Made by a program: the position numbers and the translations under genes. From Callorhinchus milii (lineage: Eukaryota): DNA of 64,000 nt. Positions 38,819 to 51,245 of the stretch are shown here, piece by piece; positions within the stretch are counted from its first letter, which is position 1, and every line of letters begins with the position of its first letter. The stretch is taken from NCBI RefSeq assembly GCF_018977255.1, contig NW_024704742.1:128776001-128840000 (forward strand), written 5' to 3'. The notes beneath the pieces were generated by a model. The model searched no databases. It saw nothing but the letters and a program-made list of their open reading frames with translations, and was not told where the DNA came from.

Positions 38819-39480
38819 TGATCCTTATCTGTGACCATTGTGCAAATTTTCTCCCACGTGTACTCTTTACTTTGTTGTGTAATTTTAAAAATGCTAGAAA
38901 CATCTTTTTCAATGTCAGGAGCAGTGGAGTTTTTCACTGCATTGCCTTAAAGGGTAGAATTTATATTACACCAGTTATTATGTGCTATTTGTCCAGCTTG
39001 CAAGAATATGGCTTGTTATATTTACCAAGTGTACGTGTGAAAGTAAGCCTAGAAAATGTATTTCCTCATGCACAGAAAACATTTAGCACTAAAAACTATA
39101 ACCCAAAAATTGGCATAAAATATTGCTTCAATGAATTTTGACATTTATGTGTAACCTAAGGATTTTGTTCATGTATTGACAAATAAGGTGAGGTCAGAAT
39201 GATCTAGGCAGCAGACACGAGAAACCATTTACGTAGGCTGTGGTTATTTGCAGATTTCAGTGTTTTTACTGGCAGCCTTGTTAAAGAGGCATTCATCCAG
39301 GAAATGCATGCTAGCGTGAGCTAAAATACTGCAGATAAAAGCAAGCTTTGATGTGTCTTTATACATTTATAATCCAAGACCATATACAGTTAGGAACATT
39401 TTTCATCTCAATAATAATTCTTAAAAATCTTCAGGAGACCTTTAATAGTTGTACCAGGGTTCACACTGATAAATGAAAAA

Positions 39481-39918
39481 AATAATCCTTGAATTTGGTA
39501 TAATGCCTTTCACATCGAAAGAATGTTCCAAAGTGCTTCACAGGATTTACTTGAAGTGAAGTGATTTTGTATTTGTAGGCAAAGGCAGCAGCCAATTGCA
39601 CACAGCATTGTCCCACGAACAGGCGTGGAACAAATAACCAATTTTATTTTGAGGGATTGTTCGTTATGTCACCGGGAGAGCGAAACTCCTTCTCTTTTCA
39701 AATAGTGCCACGGGACCTTTGACGTCTACCTGCACAGGCAGATGGGACTTCAGTTTAGCGTTTTATCTGAAGGACGGCACCTCCGACAATGCAACACACC
39801 CTCAGCACTGCATTGAAGCGTCTGCTTAGAATATGTGATTCCAAGTCCCAATGTGGGGGTTGAACGCACAAACTTCTGACTCAGAAGCGAGAGTGGTACC
39901 ACTGCACCCGGCTGACAC
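39481..39918 (-). mobile_element. Deu-domain SINE (family B), full length
   Basis: Complete tail, 3' module, Deu domain (GAAGGACGGCACCTCCGACAATGCA) and tRNA-like head ending CCCGGCTGACAC. Confidence 0.92.
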
Positions 39919-40393
39919 ACTCGTATTTGAGATTCTTTACTGTTGAAGATAATTTTGATCTAATGATTTCCAGTGTATTAAACAACATTGGAGTATATGT
40001 AACATTGTTACAATGTATGTAACATTAAACAAATAACTAATTGCCCGGTCAGCAAACAGTAGAGGAACTCAGAACTAACTGAGGTGCAAACATTTTTTTA
40101 CTTTGCCAGCTTTCTAACTGGACTGGTGAGTGTTTATCCTCGTGCAATGTCCCACAAACAATCATGAAGTGAATGACCAATTTCATCTGGGGAACATTAG
40201 GCCAGGGCACTATCATGTCCTACACATAGCATAGAGTCTCAAAACCCTGCACAGATATGGGATTGCACGCGGAGCAAGGGAGTTGAGGGAGGGATCAATA
40301 GGCGTGGTTGAAGAGGTAGATCTTAAAGTGAAATTTAAAGATAGATAAAAAGGGGGTAAGGTGGGGAGATTGAGGCAGGGAGTTCCAGAGGTT

Positions 40394-40730
40394 AATAATA
40401 ATAATACTTGCATTTGCTTTCATGCCTTATCACAATGTTGAGACATCTCAAAGCGCTTCACAGAATATACTGTAAATTTAGACTGTGTATTTTGTGGGTG
40501 AAATACGTCACCCAGTTGTGCACAGCAGTGTCCCACAAACAGTGACGAATTGAGTGACCAAAATATAATTTTTTCTTTTGAAAAGATTGTTACCCCCGGA
40601 AAGCGATCCACCAATTGACTAACAACCAGATTCCTACTTAGTTCTAGGTAAATCGAGGCATGTGGAGAAAGGAAACTGACCTATGATTTTGCCCTGCCAG
40701 GGAACTGAACCGGGGTCCTCTCAAGCACGC
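40394..40730 (-). mobile_element. Family A SINE inserted next to an old L2 3' fragment (40215-40392)
   Basis: Family A body and tail; adjacent GGGAGTTCCAGAGG L2 motif. Confidence 0.82.
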
Positions 40731-41560
40731 TAAAACACTACTTTATATGACTCCGCAGGTTAGGGCATAGCAGCACTGTAGAGCATAGTGACTGTGTTTT
40801 GTATTTGGCAGGTGAATGCTTTGTGAGTGATATTGTTGTTGCCTTGACCATAAGGGTCCAAATCCCCCCAGCGTGAATGCAAATGTAGCTAATAGTTGAG
40901 ACAGCTGAGACTGCTGTCTCAATGAATGTAACCTCCAATTCACGTGTTTGTCACCACCATAAGGCAAACACGTTAATCGGTGGCCAGGAAGCACTCATTC
41001 CTGCCTTAAAGGGTTCTAAATTAAACAATACAAAAGGTTGTGGATCACGTAATGATCATTTGGCTAAGCTAGACTCATCTGGATAACATCCTGAATGTCT
41101 GTTAATCCTTCCAGCAATGAAACCTGTAAACTTTTCTTCATCTCGGTCAAACTAGCACTCAGAACAGAAATTATATTGGCCCAAGGTCAAGAGAAAACAA
41201 AATGCAGTGCACCATTACTACTAAAACCAGATTTCCATGTTGGATACTTTTATGAGTTTTTGAGAGATGCATTCGAAAGAGATTGGGTTTTTAACAGTTG
41301 ATGTTTCTTAACAGATTTCTCAATACGAAAATGTGTGATTTTTGAAATCCTAATACAGTGAATGTGCTGAAGAATGCATTCTTCAGAGGTTTTAATGTTA
41401 TAATAATAATCCTTGCATTTGATATAACACTTTATTATGAATATAGGACAATATTGTGTAAGCAGCAAAGAGAGCTTTTACCTGCCTAGGAGGGCTGAAA
41501 TTTGTACTCTCTCTAACCAAAAAGCATTTTTATTATTATTATTAAAAAGCATTTTTGCCT

Positions 41561-41581
41561 ATAGAGAGAGAGAGAGAGAGG
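41561..41581. repeat. (AG)n microsatellite
   Basis: Direct reading. Confidence 0.9.
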
Positions 41582-41753
41582 ATTTCCCATGTCCTCAAAT
41601 AAACATTAGAAAATAAATTTTGAACAAAAAAATACTCTGGGGCTATTATAAGAACTCTCCTGTTCAAAAGATCCCCCTCAAAAGTGTTAGACTCTTAAAT
41701 TTGAAAGGGGCCAAACCATTGACTGGTTGGGAGGGGTTGGGGGGGGGGGTTGT

Positions 41754-41766
41754 TGCCACCTAGTGG
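41754..41766 (-). promoter_or_regulatory. Candidate CTCF binding site
   Basis: Reverse complement CCACTAGGTGGCA matches the vertebrate CTCF core consensus CCAS(C/T)AG(A/G)(G/T)GGC(A/G); lies outside any recognisable repeat. Confidence 0.55.
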
Positions 41767-42278
41767 ACATTAGTAAATGCCACCAATAGTTTTGAAATGC
41801 TGCAAACATCAACAATAATAACTTGCATTTATTCAGCACTCCTTCACAGACGATAGCATCTCAGAATTCTTTACAAAGTCGACGTCAGAACCTGAGCAGG
41901 TCAGAGGGGAAATTCAGAATGAAATGGTCAATTTGTGATGCTCTCAATATCAGCATCAACAAATTGCACTAAAATCAGAGAAACAGCTTTGGCATATGTG
42001 GAGCCCATTAAAATATGGAATTTAAGCATCATTGAGAAGCTGTTTTAGTGGTCCGTCTAGGGATGCATTGAAACCAGATAAATGACCTACTCGAGGATAT
42101 TCCCATTGGGTACTGACAAATGGACTTTTCTTTAACTGAAAAAAGCAACCTCCCCCCCCCCCCCCAGCTTGGAGTCAGGCTCCGCCACTGTTAAGCACTC
42201 TGAGTCGCTACCCTGCGTGGAGGCCGCTATATAAGTGCAAGTTCTTGTTATTAAACAAATACAAGGATTATTATTATA

Positions 42279-43510
42279 GAATCATAGAATCGTACAGCAC
42301 AAAAAGAGGCCATTCGGCCCATCGAGTCTGTGCCGGCTCTTTGAGAAGAGCAATGCAATGTCAATCCCACTCCACAATGCATTCCAGATTTGAACAACTC
42401 GCTGCATGAAAACATTTCTTCTCACCTCCCCTCTGCTTCTTTTAGAAACTATTTTGAATCTGTGACCTCGAGTCACCGACACACCCACCAGTGGAAACAG
42501 CTTTTCCCTTTCTAACCTATCAAATCCCCTCATGATTTTGAAGACCTCTATTAGGTCTCCTCGTAACCTTCTCTGCTCCAATGAGAATAATCCCAGCCTC
42601 TCTGCCTTTCCACATAATCAAGGTCCCTCATTCCTGGTACCATCCTCGTAAATCTCCTCTGCATCCTTTCCAATGTCTTAACATCCTTCCTATAGTGTGG
42701 TGCCCAGAACTGGGCGCAGTATTCTACCTGAGGCCTAACCAGTGTTTTATATAGGTTAATCATAACCTCCTGACTCTTGTACTCTATGCCCTATTTATAA
42801 AAACTAGTATCCCATATGCCCTTTTTACAGCTTTATCTACCTGTCCTGCCACCTTTAAGGATTCATTTACCTGCACCCCCAGGTACTCTGTTCTTTCACC
42901 CCCCTTAAGATTGTATTACCCGCCTATATTGCCTCCCCTCATTCTTTCTGCCAAAATACATTACTTCGCATTTCTCCACATTGAAATTCATCTGCTATGT
43001 GTCTGCCCATTTTACCATTCTGTCTATGTCTTCCTGCAGTTGGCTCCTATCCTTCTCACTGTTTACTACCCTACCTAACTTTGTGTTATCCGCAAACTTG
43101 GAAATGGTACTTGCAATATCCAAGTCAGATCATTTATGTATATTAAGAAGAGCAGTGGTCCTAATACCGATCCCTGGGGGACACCACTGTACACTTCCCT
43201 CCAGTCAGAAAAGCAGCCGTTCACCACAACTCTCTGCTTTCTGTCTCCCAGCCAGTTCTGGATCCATGCTGCCACTGTCCCTGTTATACCATGGGCTTCT
43301 ATCTTCCTTATAAGTCTTTCATGCGGCACTTTGTCAAATGCCTTTTGAAAGTCCATATAAACTACATCAACTGCACTACCTATATCCACCCTCTCCGCTA
43401 CCTCATAGAAAAAAAATTCTATTAGATTTGTTAGACAAGATCTACTGGCTGTCCCTAATTAACCCATATTCTTCTAAGTGAAGATTTATTCTGTCCCGGA
43501 TTATAGTCTC
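42279..43510 (-). mobile_element. CR1 LINE, 5'-truncated (RT domain to 3' tail), frameshifted
   Basis: [79 protein letters not shown]; tail GATTCTATGATTCTAT. Confidence 0.96.

Positions 43511-43564
<54 letters not shown>
43511..43564. repeat. (TTA)n microsatellite, about 18 units
   Basis: Direct reading. Confidence 0.95.
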
Positions 43565-43565
<1 letters not shown>

Positions 43566-44224
43566 GGGATTAGGAGGGGTGGAGCCTTATGTGAAGTATA
43601 AACACTTGCACAAATTACTTGAGCCAAATGGCCTGTAAAAAACATTCTACGCTACTTGAGTGTATGTCCATGGCACAAAGTTCCTGTAAATGATAGTATT
43701 GCCTGTTTTTTACTGCTGGCAGTGTCTTTTGATCGCTTTTCAGGACGGGGAGTAATTTGGAGCGAAAAGCTGGATTTATAATTTGCATTGAGATCGCAAA
43801 GAAAGGAAAGAAGAAAATTGATTGGGACAAATATATTGAGTATATACCTTCTTCAATCAGTTGGTTAATGATAGCAATGAAATAACATGTAAGCTATTAT
43901 TGATCACCCTTTCATTCCTCAGTTTTATGTAATATGACGTCCTAATTTCATCTGATTAAACTCCACTTGAGATAATTAGCCAATGTGGTTTTTCCAGTTG
44001 AATTAAGATCAAATAAATCCCTTTGAGAGTTCCATGGAGTTTGTCCAAGTTGGCACAACAAATGTAAGCTTGCGAAAAGTATCGTGAAACTGTTCTTGTG
44101 ATGTAACTGTAAAGTCAAAAGCTATGTCTCATTCTGAACTGGCTAGATTTGCTTGATTTATTTTCTCTGTTGCATAATATCTAAAAAGGCAAATTAATTA
44201 ACTGAATTTGTTCTGCACAAAACT

Positions 44225-44625
44225 TAGAATTACATAGAATGTTACAGCATAGAAACAGTCTATTCAGTGCAACTAGTTTGTGCGAGTGTTTACACTCACC
44301 CGTCCTAATCCCCTCCTCTCACACCCATCTATTCCCTTTCTTCGTCACATATGCATGAAGCTTCCTCTTAAACATCTTGATGCTTTTTGCTTCAACCACA
44401 GCTTTTGGCAGGGAATCCTACCACCTTCTGTGCAAAAGACGTTCCTCCTGAACTCCCTTTTAGATTTTGTGCTGGTTATCCTATATTGATGTGCCTTCGT
44501 TTGGAACTCACCAATAAGTGGAAAAGCCTATTAATGTCCACCTTATTGAAACCTGTCATAGTCTTACACACTTTTAATTATCCTATCTCCAGAGAGAATA
44601 GCTTTTCAACCTTCCTGATAGCCTA
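44225..44625 (-). mobile_element. Old CR1 LINE 3' fragment
   Basis: ACATAGAATGTTACAGCATAGAAACAG tail, TGCTTCAACCAC, TTCCTCCTGAACTCCC. Confidence 0.8.
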
Positions 44626-45490
44626 AGTACTTTAATTAATAATTTCAATTCCTTCTGTCTAAAAACGCAATGATGTTTTTAAGGGACCATTTATGTATTG
44701 ATCTGTACCGCATACGCGTTCATTTTGCAGAGATGCCAATGCTCCAGATAAATGGGCTCCAGCAAGAACTGCTGTTCCACCTTTGTAACATGTTTCCTTC
44801 TGTTGAATTGGTGCGATTTTCACTACCACTCTCCAAAACATGTGCAGTACAATTTCGCACACAAAATACAAAGTCACTGCACTTTATGCGATGCAATTTG
44901 AAACATCCTCCTGACTTAAGACACTATATCGAATGTAAGGATTGTTATTATTATTATTATTACAGACTCAATGTAAGAAAACATGGTTTTGCAGACATAC
45001 ATATTGTAACACTTTTACATTGGAATAAAGCTATAGGAAATTAGCTGTTTCTGGTTTAAGGAATGGTGATACAGTTGCATTGAGGTTCCCTGGACAATTG
45101 TCTCTTTATAGTTGAATTGTTGTTGTTTAAATTTTCAGTGGTGATCGCAGTACAGCTATACTAGCTATACATTAATGTGATTGTACCACCTACTAGTAGC
45201 TCAGGGTAAAACATTGTGTGTTTTTGTTGTTGAATCCAGCACTTCCTCAGACAGGATGTACCCACTCGGACAGCAAGTACAGTAAACAGTTAGCTCCTGT
45301 TTATAAAACTACTGTCAGCAAAATCACACAGTACTAACCCTGACATTTAGTTACCAGACCAGCCTGTTATCATTTTCTCTTGTTGTGAATCAACAAGCAC
45401 AGAGCTCTATTAAGTGCTCCGAGATGCCATCTGGCGTGAAGGTCGCTATATAAATGCAAGTTGTTGTTGTTATTTGATATACCCTGCCAA

Positions 45491-45816
45491 TGGAGTCCTG
45501 TAGCTCAGTGGTTAGAGCACTCGCTTTGCAAGCGAGAGACCTGAGTTCAATTCCAGGCAGAGGGCGAAACCTTGGGCAAGTTTCCTTACTCCACATGTCT
45601 AATGATAATAATCCCTCCAAAACCAAAAACAATAATAAATTGGTCATTTTCAATCTACGACTGTTTGTGGGACATTGCTGTGTGCAATTGGCTGCCGCGT
45701 TCGCCCACAAATATACAGTCAATTCACTTTACAGTATGTTCTGTGAAGCGCTTTGGGACGTCCTCCCGACATGAAAAGCGCTATATCAAATGCAAGGATT
45801 ATTATTATTATTATTA
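45491..45816 (+). mobile_element. Young short-form family A SINE, full length
   Basis: Near-identical to 32011-32330 and 58812-59134; TGCCAA occurs on both flanks (possible short TSD). Confidence 0.95.
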
Positions 45817-46025
45817 ATGCCAAGGTAGATAAGCAATGATTCTTTCATCTGATGGAAGCATCCAATTATGTTAACCATAGAGGTAATGTGGTGGAATCAG
45901 AAAGAAATTCTTCACACATGGGTTTTAAGAACACCAAATGGACTGGCCTGGAAAGCCATAAATTAGGAATTTATTGAGGCAGCGAACAGAAGCTTCTTAA
46001 CCTATTCCCTGTGTTAATTGTGGAG

Positions 46026-46388
46026 TGGAGTCCTGTAGCATAATGGTTAGCACATTCATCTCGCAAGCCAGAGGACCTGGGTTCAATTCCCGGGCAGGGC
46101 AAAACTTTAGGCAAGTTTCTTTACTTCACACGCCTCTGTTTACCTAGCAGTAAGTAGGAACCTGGTTGTTAGTCGATTTGATGGATCGCTTTCTGGGGGT
46201 AATAATGCCTTCCCAAAAAAACTACATTTGGTCACTCAGTCCAAGACTGTTTGTGGGACACTACAATTGGCTGCCATATTGCTCCCACAAAAATACAGTC
46301 AATCCACTTTATAATGTATTCTGTGAAGCGCTTTGGGATATCTGCATGATGTGATAAGGTGCTATGTCAAATGCAAGGATTATTATTA
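46026..46388 (+). mobile_element. Family A SINE, long form, full length
   Basis: TGGAGTCCTGTAGC head, B box GGGTTCAATTCCC, long central body, tail. Confidence 0.9.
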
Positions 46389-46454
46389 ATTAGCACAAGG
46401 AGTGTGTTAAGAAGCACCCACAAATGCTTTGCTATTATTTATTTTTGGCACAAT

Positions 46455-46812
46455 TTACAGTTATATGGCACCCTTCATGCAGAATGGTATCTTGGAGCAG
46501 ATCCTGACACCGACCCGGGGAGAGATGGGAGATGACTGAAATCTCGGTTGAAGAGGAAGGACTTCAGGTGTGATCTTAAGAGGGACAAGGAAAGGGAAAG
46601 ATTGAGGGTTTGAGGCACAGAGTTCCAGAGTCTCGGAGTTTGGTTGATGATGGCACAGCTGCTGATGATGGAGGGGAGTGGACGAGGGACTTGCAGGAGG
46701 CCAGAGCAAACCAAGCGAAGATGGCGTCTAGAGGAGTTGAGTGTGAGCAGGTCTGAGAGGTAGGGAAATATCAGGGCATGAAATGATTTGAGTGTGAGGA
46801 TTTTAAAATTGT
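46455..46812 (-). mobile_element. Old L2 LINE 3' fragment
   Basis: SGLLQVPR...PRLWNSVPQTL...RSHLKSFLF. Confidence 0.82.
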
Positions 46813-48794
46813 TCCATTATTATTATTTATGAATGGTCCTTAGAAAAATGGCTATTCAGGGATGTAAATGGTGCTGCACTCCCATGACAATGCTACTCTG
46901 CCAGGGAAGCTGTAAATGGGTGGAGCAAGTGCTTCCTCCACTAAAGTACAACACACAAATGATTAGGTTGAGGAAGAAGGAGGAAATGCAGAGCAAGGGC
47001 TGTTTCTGGAACCAGGAAGCAAACTTCCTGATTGAAGCTTTTCTCAAAAACAGGAAGAAACCTTTTTGGGAATGTCGACACGACTCCACAAGTTTGCTGT
47101 TTCTTCCCAGACTTGGAGAGCATGATCCAGCAGTCACAAGATCACAAGATCGGGTCGGATGAAGAAGGGCCTTCAGCTCATTTGATCTCATCCTTCCACA
47201 ACACCCACTCTACTGTCCATCTCCAAGTGGCAAGACATTATTTCTCACTATTGGTTTCTGTCCCTCTCCTAGACCAACACATTCTTGTTAAATTTACAGG
47301 CCAATGAGTGTTATACCACCAGGAACCAGAAATTCCTCTGAAAGGATACTTACTTGCAAGGAAGAAGCCAGGATTTGAAGTGTGGAGAGAATCAGATGGA
47401 TTATGTGTATCACCTTTGCTGATATTGGCCACTAACAAAATTTCCAGATAGTTATTGCACATTGCCAAAGACCCTACATACAATGCTGAACAGAATTTTT
47501 GCCCATAGTTTTCTGGTCTGCAGACAGTGGAAGCTATGTATTCTTTCTAGTCTTTAGAAGAACATTGCCCTATTAGTCCATTTTTAACTGATGCCTCTCA
47601 TACTAATAACTATTGACAATAATTTAGTATAAATAGTCATTGACCTTGACTTTTCTGTGAAGATCCAAATTCCACTGAAAAGGAAAGATTGAAATTGAGA
47701 TTGATGTTTATATTTAGTGTCAATTTGTTTTCTTTGTGCGTGTGTGTGTTTGTTAGTCTCCCCTTATTTACATGTAGTTTGATTTAGGTCCATGCGATAT
47801 ATTAGAGATGGTCACACATTGATCTCTAAACTAAATCAAACAAGATTTCTGGTTACTTGTATTATAATGGCAAAGAGTAGAAACTTGTAATCGAAAGATT
47901 GATATTTAAATTTGAATGATGAAAATCTGGAATAGAATGGAAAATGCTGGAAATGCATAAACCATTAAAGTAATAATAATCCTTGCTTTTGATACAGAGC
48001 ATGATGTCTCAAAGTGCTTCACGGGATTTTACTGTGTATTTGTAGGCAAAGGGAGCAGCTGACTTACGAACAGCAATATTCCACAAACGCCATGAAGTGA
48101 ATGGCCAATTTTATTTGGGGGATTGTTGACCAGACACTGGGAGAACCTCTCTTTTCAAAATTAGTCAGCATCCAAAAGAGACTGATAGGATAATACATTC
48201 GCCAACAAACCATACTGTCACTTCACTTTACAATACATCATGTGAAATGCTTTAAGTTGTCCTCCTAATGTGAAAGATGCTAATTCAAATGCAAGGATTA
48301 TTATTTTATTTACAGTTTATAAATCAATAAAAGTGCCAGGTATGAATTCCGCATTGAGTTTCTAGGTAGCATTTGAGTTCTTATAAAACAGAGGCAAGCT
48401 GCTTTCCAGTCTCACTGTTAATGGAGCAAATTACAAACACAGAAACCTACAGTAATCTGATCATAATATATTGAGAAGGAAGGAACAGAGGAAGTTGAAA
48501 AGGAAGTTTGAATGCCACCGTTGACAAGGTATCTCAATGGGCTAAGCGATTTATGTAGCTTTTAGTTGTAGTAAATGCTAACCTTATCAGAACATAATAT
48601 GATTTGTGACAACATTGGAGGTAAATGTCAACTTTTAAAAAATTGAGTTTTGTTGTTCCTGTGCAAAGCTTGCTCCCTCATGATAGGAATTTCATTATTT
48701 ATATGAGATTGATAGAAATAGAGGCAGCAACATAACTAACTTGTGATTAGTTATAGCCTGGCACATTAGCAGGACTTGGAGTGGCAGGGTGGGT

Positions 48795-49170
48795 CAGGAA
48801 TTCTTCCCACACAGCTCTTGTTAATCCTGCAAGTCAAAGACCTAATCGGTAGATTGAGGACAAGCAGCAGAAAGCTTGCCAGGCAGTACTTTCAATGGCT
48901 AGCTGTGTAGTTTTAGCTAGTTAAACTCCAACAGTAACACACCACGATCACCAAGCTTTAGCACATATTAGGTCCCAACCTGCACCTTATAGACTCCCAA
49001 ATTAGGTAAACAGAGCAAGACCCTCCAGGGAGAAAGAGTGCATTTCATTCCGGACATGAGAATTTCCATGTGCAGGTGGCAAACATTGAACTCTTAGTCT
49101 GGTTTGGATACGCCAAAGCACGCTAAGTGATGGCTTTCTGCATGTGTCAGACAACCGGCTGAAGAAAAAA
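48795..49170 (+). repeat. Old unclassified dispersed repeat, longest copy
   Basis: GGAATTCTTCC.ACACAGCTC.TGTTAA, GTTTTAG.T.GTTAAACTCCA, GTGATGG.TTTC.GCATGTGT.AGACA shared with 36690-37015. Confidence 0.75.
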
Positions 49171-50324
49171 AACTGATTTTCAGTTGCAAACAAAAAGTAG
49201 CCTTGGAAACCAAGGTACCATAAATAAGTGAGTGTCAAGTGTTCTGGCCAGATGAGGCAGGAGTCTGGTTTGCTCAGCTGTTGTGAAATGCGGGGTATGC
49301 AGGCATGTGGGAATAACAGCAATAACCCTTGCATTTGATACAGTGCCTATAATGTCAAAACATCGAAAGTGCTTTGCAGATAATTACTGTCAAGTGTAGT
49401 GACTGCATATTTCTAGACAAATTGACAGCCAAATTGCATATAGCAAAGGACCAGACAACCATAATAATAAAAAAAATTGAATTTGATATTACGTCTTTCA
49501 CATCGGCAGTGTGTCTCAGAGTGCTTTACGGGATATACTGTAAAGTGGAGGGACCGTCATTTTTGTGAGTGAACATGTGTGCTTAAAGTGTATATTTTGC
49601 AGGCAATTGCGCACAGCAATATCCTAAGAAGGGCACACTGTTAGAGGAGCAATCTTTTGGATTAAACATTAAACTGAGATTCCAGTGGACATTAAAATAA
49701 TATTTATTTGATGCTGAGCTGGAAAGGAAGGTGACCGAAGGCATGGTTGAAGAGGAAAGTCTTCAGGTGTGATTTAAAGATGGACAAACAACAACAACTT
49801 GCATTTATAAAGTGCCCTTCATGCCAGCCAGAGTCTTGGAGCGCTTAACAGTGGTGGAGCGGGGGTTACAATAAAACATGTAAAAGTAATGAGTGCATAC
49901 AGTATGGAGCTGTGATGTCTCAGTGTAAAAGTCGGTTTCCTGACATTGCTCTGGCACCTCTAACCTCTTGACGAATTGGTCGTAAATCTAACTGTTCTGT
50001 TCTCACCAGACTAAAGGTAGGTGAGATGGAGACTGTGGTTATTTTTGGACCTTTTTCCAGGTTTCACAGCTACAAAGCACTTAGTTTGTGGAACACTGGA
50101 GCCTATTAACGACCTTGATTAGGTGTAATCCATTTTAATGCATATTAGAGCTCCCAGTGGAGGGCCTGCTTGAACTTGGAATTGACTCTTGAATTACTGC
50201 AGTGTCTACAACTTCATACTCTTCTTAGATACACTGGCCTGGTGTAACTTTTACCATTTATGGGTTACACCTAACATTGAATTGTAAATGCATATTATTC
50301 AATATAATCAGTGATATTATAATA

Positions 50325-50705
50325 GTAATAATAATACTTGCAATTGTTGTTGCACCTTTCATGTCAGCAGTGCTTCACAGGATTTACTGTAAAGTATAGT
50401 GACTGTGAATTTGTCCACGGAAGCAAAAGCTAATTTGCGCACAGCAATGACTCACAAACAGCCATGAAGTGACAGACGAATTTCGGTTGAGGGAATTATT
50501 GCCAGGTCATTCCCTTCTCTTTTCAAATAATGCCATGGAAATTTTTAATGACCACCTGAATAGGCATTCAGGACCTTGGTTTGACGCCTTATTCAAAGGA
50601 CAGTACCTCCAACAATGAAATGCTCCCCGAGCACTGCATTGGAGTGTCAGACAACTTTCCGACTCAGAGGTGAGAGTGCCAACAACTGAGCCAGGCTAAT
50701 ACACC
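50325..50705 (-). mobile_element. Deu-domain SINE (family B) with internal deletion
   Basis: Tail, Deu domain and head GACTCAGAGGTGAGAGTGCC..ACTGAGCCAGGCT. Confidence 0.85.
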
Positions 50706-50744
50706 TATCATTAGTTGAAAGAGAAAAATATTCTCCTCTTTTGA

Positions 50745-51245
50745 TCCAACTCCCCTCCTCTTCACCCTCTACATGCTGCCCCTTGGTGACATCATCTGCA
50801 GACATGGGGTAAATTTCCACATGTATGCGATTGACACCCAATTCTATCTCTCTGCCTCCACCCTGAACTCCAGGACTACTGGCCTTACCCCCTCCTACCT
50901 CTCTGACCTGCTGACTCCCTACCAACCTGCCCGCTCCCTCCATTCAGCGGGCTCCGGCATTCTCCATGTCTCCCGCCCGACTCGCCCTACCATTGGTGGC
51001 CGGGCTTTCAGCCTCTCTACCCCCACACTCTGGAACTCCATCCCACAGTCCCTTCGCCTCGCTGCCTCCTTCAAGGCCGGTCTCAAGACCCTCCCCTTCG
51101 ATTGTGCCTTCACACTTCTCTGCCTTCCTTCACCCTTACCCCACCCCTCCCCCATGCTCGGGTCCTGACCCTTGACTGTCTAGCGCCTTGGCATGTCCTC
51201 CCAACCTGAAAGGTGCTCTGTAAATGCAATTTTGTTGTTGTTGTT
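50745..51245 (+). mobile_element. L2 LINE fragment with in-frame internal deletion
   Basis: [36 protein letters not shown] fused to [20 protein letters not shown]; type A tail. Confidence 0.92.

Noticed and set aside
38452..39141. 229-aa plus-strand ORF
   Set aside because: The first half is a frameshifted L2 relic and the rest is AT-rich flank; no coherent domain.
45490..45774. Recurrent ORFs MESCSSVVRALALQ.../MGKFPYST.../MTVYLWANAAANC...
   Set aside because: Chance frames through the non-coding young SINE, repeated only because the SINE is repeated.
46975..47075. Possible second Harbinger Myb N-terminus (GCFWNQEANFLIEAFLKNRKK) with CAGGAAG-CAAA-CTTCCTG palindrome
   Set aside because: Similarity is too short and weak to support without an HMM search.
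47915..47960. Short antisense match to the Penelope terminal motif (TTTCCAGCATTTTC)
   Set aside because: Too short to call as a feature and no hammerhead core nearby.
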